A stretch of DNA of 64,000 nucleotides from Cyanobacteriota bacterium (lineage in GTDB: Bacteria > Cyanobacteriota > Cyanobacteriia > Cyanobacteriales > Nostocaceae): assembly GCA_046045965.1 (NCBI GenBank), contig JBJOKS010000011.1:1-64000 (forward strand), written 5' to 3'. A program made the position numbers and the translations under genes. Below the pieces are notes generated by a model. The model did not search any database and had not been told where the DNA came from. It was given only the letters and a program-made list of their open reading frames with translations. Below, one piece after another: positions 61,268-64,000 of this stretch (position 1 is the first letter of the stretch; each line of letters opens with the position of its first letter).

Positions 61268-62870
61268 AGCCATTTAATAGTGCTTCAACAAATTCATAAC
61301 TAGAGAATGGACGTAAATCTTCAATTCCTTCTCCAGCACCAATAAAGCGAATGGGTAAACCTAACTGCTGGACAACAGCTAAGGCCACCCCTCCTTTTGC
61401 TGTACCATCTAGCTTGGTTAAGACAACACCGCTGAGTTGGGCGGCTTGGGAAAATACCTCAGCTTGTCGCAGTCCATTTTGTCCCAAGGTAGAATCTAGA
61501 ACTAAAAGTGATTCTACATGGGCATTTGGGGCTTTTTTGTCGATGATGCGGCGAATTTTACTCAATTCGTCCATGAGGTTTTTCTTGTTTTGCAGTCTGC
61601 CAGCGGTATCTATTAATAGTAATTCGGTTCCTCGTGATTGGGCAGCGGCGATCGCATCAAATACCACTGCTGCTGGATCTGTATTTTTACCGGGATTGGC
61701 AATAATTTCTACTCCGCTTCTTGATCCCCAAACTTTGACTTGTTCGACAGCGGCAGCCCGGAAGGTGTCAGCAGCACCAATTAAGCAGTTATAGCCAGAT
61801 TTTTGGGCTAAATGAGCGATTTTACCAATAGTGGTGGTTTTACCTGCGCCGTTGACTCCTGTAATTAACCAGATGGTTAAGTTATCTTTTTCTGGGGCAA
61901 AGCTGGATCTGGGAGATGCTTGAATTGGTGCATCTAGCATATCCCGGAGGATTTTTTTCAGGTAGGCGATCGCTTGTTCTGGTGGGGTAACTTGATCCCG
62001 TAGTTGTTTCTGTAGGGCATCAATAATAAAATCTGTGGCTTCTACTCCCACATCTGCTTGCAGGAGTAATGCTTCAATTTCAGCTACAGCAGCTTGGTTT
62101 AAAGGTCCTTGTCCAACAATTGCTTTGAGTTGGTTGAGGATATTGCGCCGAGTTTTGTCTAAGCCTTGGCGTAATTTTTTCAGCCAGGTAATTTCTTCTA
62201 TGGAAACGTCTTCTGCTCTTCTACCTTGTGCCGCTAAAACTTCTACTGACCATACAAACCCATCATCAAATTCCAGTTCGGGAATTTCTGCATCTATCTC
62301 TGGTGTGGTTGTGGTTGCTGCCGGAGTTGGTTTTGTTTCTGGTTCTTCAACTTCAACGGCGCTGGCTATCAATCTTTCTTGCTTGGCTTGCCTTTCTGCT
62401 GCGGCCCGTTCTAAAAAGGATAGAGTTGCTGGGCTGGTAACTTCTGTTTTGGTAACTTCTGTTTCTTCAGTAATAACAGCTTCTTCAGTCACAGATATTG
62501 CTTCTGGCTGGGTTGTTTGAGTTATTTCCTCTGTTGCTGTTTCTGGTGTTTCTTCAGTAACAGATATTGCTTCTGGCTGAGTTGGTGCAGCTACCTCATC
62601 TACTAACGTTTCTGTTGTTTCTTCAGTAATAGTAGCTTCTATTGCTGCATTTTCAGGAACATCACCTGTTTCTTGAATCTGAGATTGTTGTTTTTGCTGA
62701 ATATTTTTATAAGCAGCTTTAGCATAAGCCAATAGGTCTGCCGTGTCTGGTGTAGTTTCTGCGGCTGGTTCTGGCTGTGCTTCTTGTGTAGGTAGATTTT
62801 CCCCCTGTGGTTGTGGTTGGGGGGTTTCAGAAGAATCGTGATGTTGACGGCGGAACCAATTAAAAACCAT
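61266..62870 (-). CDS. ftsY: SRP receptor FtsY
   Basis: Acidic N-terminus, GVNGAGKTT, DTFRAAA, DTAGR and TKLDGTAKGG. Confidence 0.97.
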   Translation of the reverse strand: MVFNWFRRQHHDSSETPQPQPQGENLPTQEAQPEPAAETTPDTADLLAYAKAAYKNIQQKQQSQIQETGDVPENAAIEATITEETTETLVDEVAAPTQPEAISVTEETPETATEEITQTTQPEAISVTEEAVITEETEVTKTEVTSPATLSFLERAAAERQAKQERLIASAVEVEEPETKPTPAATTTTPEIDAEIPELEFDDGFVWSVEVLAAQGRRAEDVSIEEITWLKKLRQGLDKTRRNILNQLKAIVGQGPLNQAAVAEIEALLLQADVGVEATDFIIDALQKQLRDQVTPPEQAIAYLKKILRDMLDAPIQASPRSSFAPEKDNLTIWLITGVNGAGKTTTIGKIAHLAQKSGYNCLIGAADTFRAAAVEQVKVWGSRSGVEIIANPGKNTDPAAVVFDAIAAAQSRGTELLLIDTAGRLQNKKNLMDELSKIRRIIDKKAPNAHVESLLVLDSTLGQNGLRQAEVFSQAAQLSGVVLTKLDGTAKGGVALAVVQQLGLPIRFIGAGEGIEDLRPFSSYEFVEALLNG

Positions 62871-63022
62871 TGCAGCAGTATTATTAGTTATGAGTTATCA
62901 GTTATGAATTATCAGTTAGTTATCAGTTTAATTTAATTCGCCAGTTTTTCCAGGGTTGGAAGCTTTAGAGTTATCCTCACTTTTAATGTAATTTAAAGAC
63001 TGGGGGAAGTGAGGATACTACC

Positions 63023-63664
63023 CTATGCTGTTTGTTTCTGTTCTGTGACGCGGCGTAGGACACCATTAATAAAGCGATGTCCATCATCTCCACTGTAGCG
63101 TTTTGCTAATTCTACTGCTTCGTTGATAGCAATACTGCTGTGAACTCCCATGAAGTTCATTTCTGCTACGGCGATTTGCAGAATATCCCGATCTATTTGG
63201 GCCAGGCGAGTTACTTGCCAATCGACTAAAGCCTCAGAAATGATTTTATCAATAATATTGCGGTGTTCATCAACGGTGATGACGATTTCTTTGGCGTAGT
63301 TGCGAACTTCTTTATCTTGATTAGCTAATTGAATTAATTCTGGGAAATCAACGGCTGTACCTAAGTCATTGATGGCTGTTTGGGTGTAGGAGATCGCTTC
63401 TTGGAGCATGGTTCTAGCTGTATTCAGGTCTGAAGCTCGCGTTTGGCTAGTTAAAAGGCGATCATTGCTGCGTTGGAGTTCTCCGGCTGCATTATTGAGG
63501 GTATCTTGAACTTCTTTGGTTAGAGTGCGGACTGCACCCAGGACTAATTTGGCTACTAGTTGGTCATCTGGCAGTTTCTCCAATTTCTTGGGGTTTACTG
63601 GCAGCTGGCTCAGGCTTAACAATGCCAATTCGCGTGCTATTTGCTGGGGTTTACGACGTTGCAT
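63023..63664 (-). CDS. nusB: Transcription antitermination factor NusB
   Basis: ARELAL, W...[20 protein letters not shown] and FINGVL. Confidence 0.95.
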   Translation of the reverse strand: MQRRKPQQIARELALLSLSQLPVNPKKLEKLPDDQLVAKLVLGAVRTLTKEVQDTLNNAAGELQRSNDRLLTSQTRASDLNTARTMLQEAISYTQTAINDLGTAVDFPELIQLANQDKEVRNYAKEIVITVDEHRNIIDKIISEALVDWQVTRLAQIDRDILQIAVAEMNFMGVHSSIAINEAVELAKRYSGDDGHRFINGVLRRVTEQKQTA

Positions 63665-63774
63665 AGTGGTAGTAATTGGGGCAGAAGGAATTAAAAAGTA
63701 ATTAAGTAAATGGGGCAAACTTCTCACTATATCAAGTTTGACACATTTTAACAATTAGCTGATCTGTGAGAATG

Positions 63775-64000
63775 TTAGGCTTCTTCTATTACAGAAATGA
63801 CATGATTTGTGGTTTCTGTTGCTGGCTCTGCGGCTGGTAAAATGAATGAGGATAGTCCTGTATTGGGGGCAACGATACCACCAGAAACGACTATTTTAAA
63901 AGCGTCTTCTATGGACATGGAGAGGTTTACTACTTCCTCTTCTGGAACTACTGCATACCATCCAGTGGTAGGGTTGGGGGTAGTGGGGATGAAAACGCTC
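63775..64000 (-). CDS. DUF502-family protein, C-terminal part (runs off the window)
   Basis: SVFIPTTPNPTTGW...SMSIEDAFKIVVSGG. Confidence 0.85.
   Translation of the reverse strand, partial: SVFIPTTPNPTTGWYAVVPEEEVVNLSMSIEDAFKIVVSGGIVAPNTGLSSFILPAAEPATETTNHVISVIEEA

Noticed and set aside
61351..62520. Plus-strand ORFs of 147 aa and 161 aa (and similar shadows over other genes)
   Set aside because: Antisense shadows of ftsY and other well-supported genes.

Overview
Genomic window from a filamentous, probably heterocyst-forming cyanobacterium (Nostocales-like). The evidence is abundant HIP1 GCGATCGC octamers, 7-bp STRR arrays and an NsiR1-like sRNA with a DIF1 motif. Bases 1-8.7 kb are a nested mobile-element mosaic. 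An IS end cuts a serine resolvase, and a TGT-terminated TnsB/TniA-type transposon end cuts an adenine deaminase gene. A decayed integron (intI fragment plus attI-like site) is followed by a two-gene module, a small protein and an nSTAND1-type NTPase-TM-WD40 (NLR-like) protein, which share a 21-aa beta-type motif (candidate amyloid-signalling pair). The NLR-like gene is split by a 2365-bp IS1182-family element that carries its own RHH-like gene and six palindromic operator-like boxes. Bases 16-22 kb hold an inorganic carbon uptake cluster (collapsed cmpA/cmpD remnant, sbtAB, bicA). It is followed by a MITE and a decayed IS605 element whose tnpB 3' end/omega-RNA region contains an ORF-less group II intron. 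The rest is mostly housekeeping: ffs, queF, ccsB/ccdA, a Mn/Zn ABC transporter, topA, a nucleoside-type ABC transporter with an embedded PemK TA pair, CP12, ctaAB-coxBAC, hli, ald, hisS, a PP2C phosphatase, ftsY and nusB. It also contains an uncharacterised FHA-linked redox gene pair. All product calls come from recalled motifs; no database searches were run.
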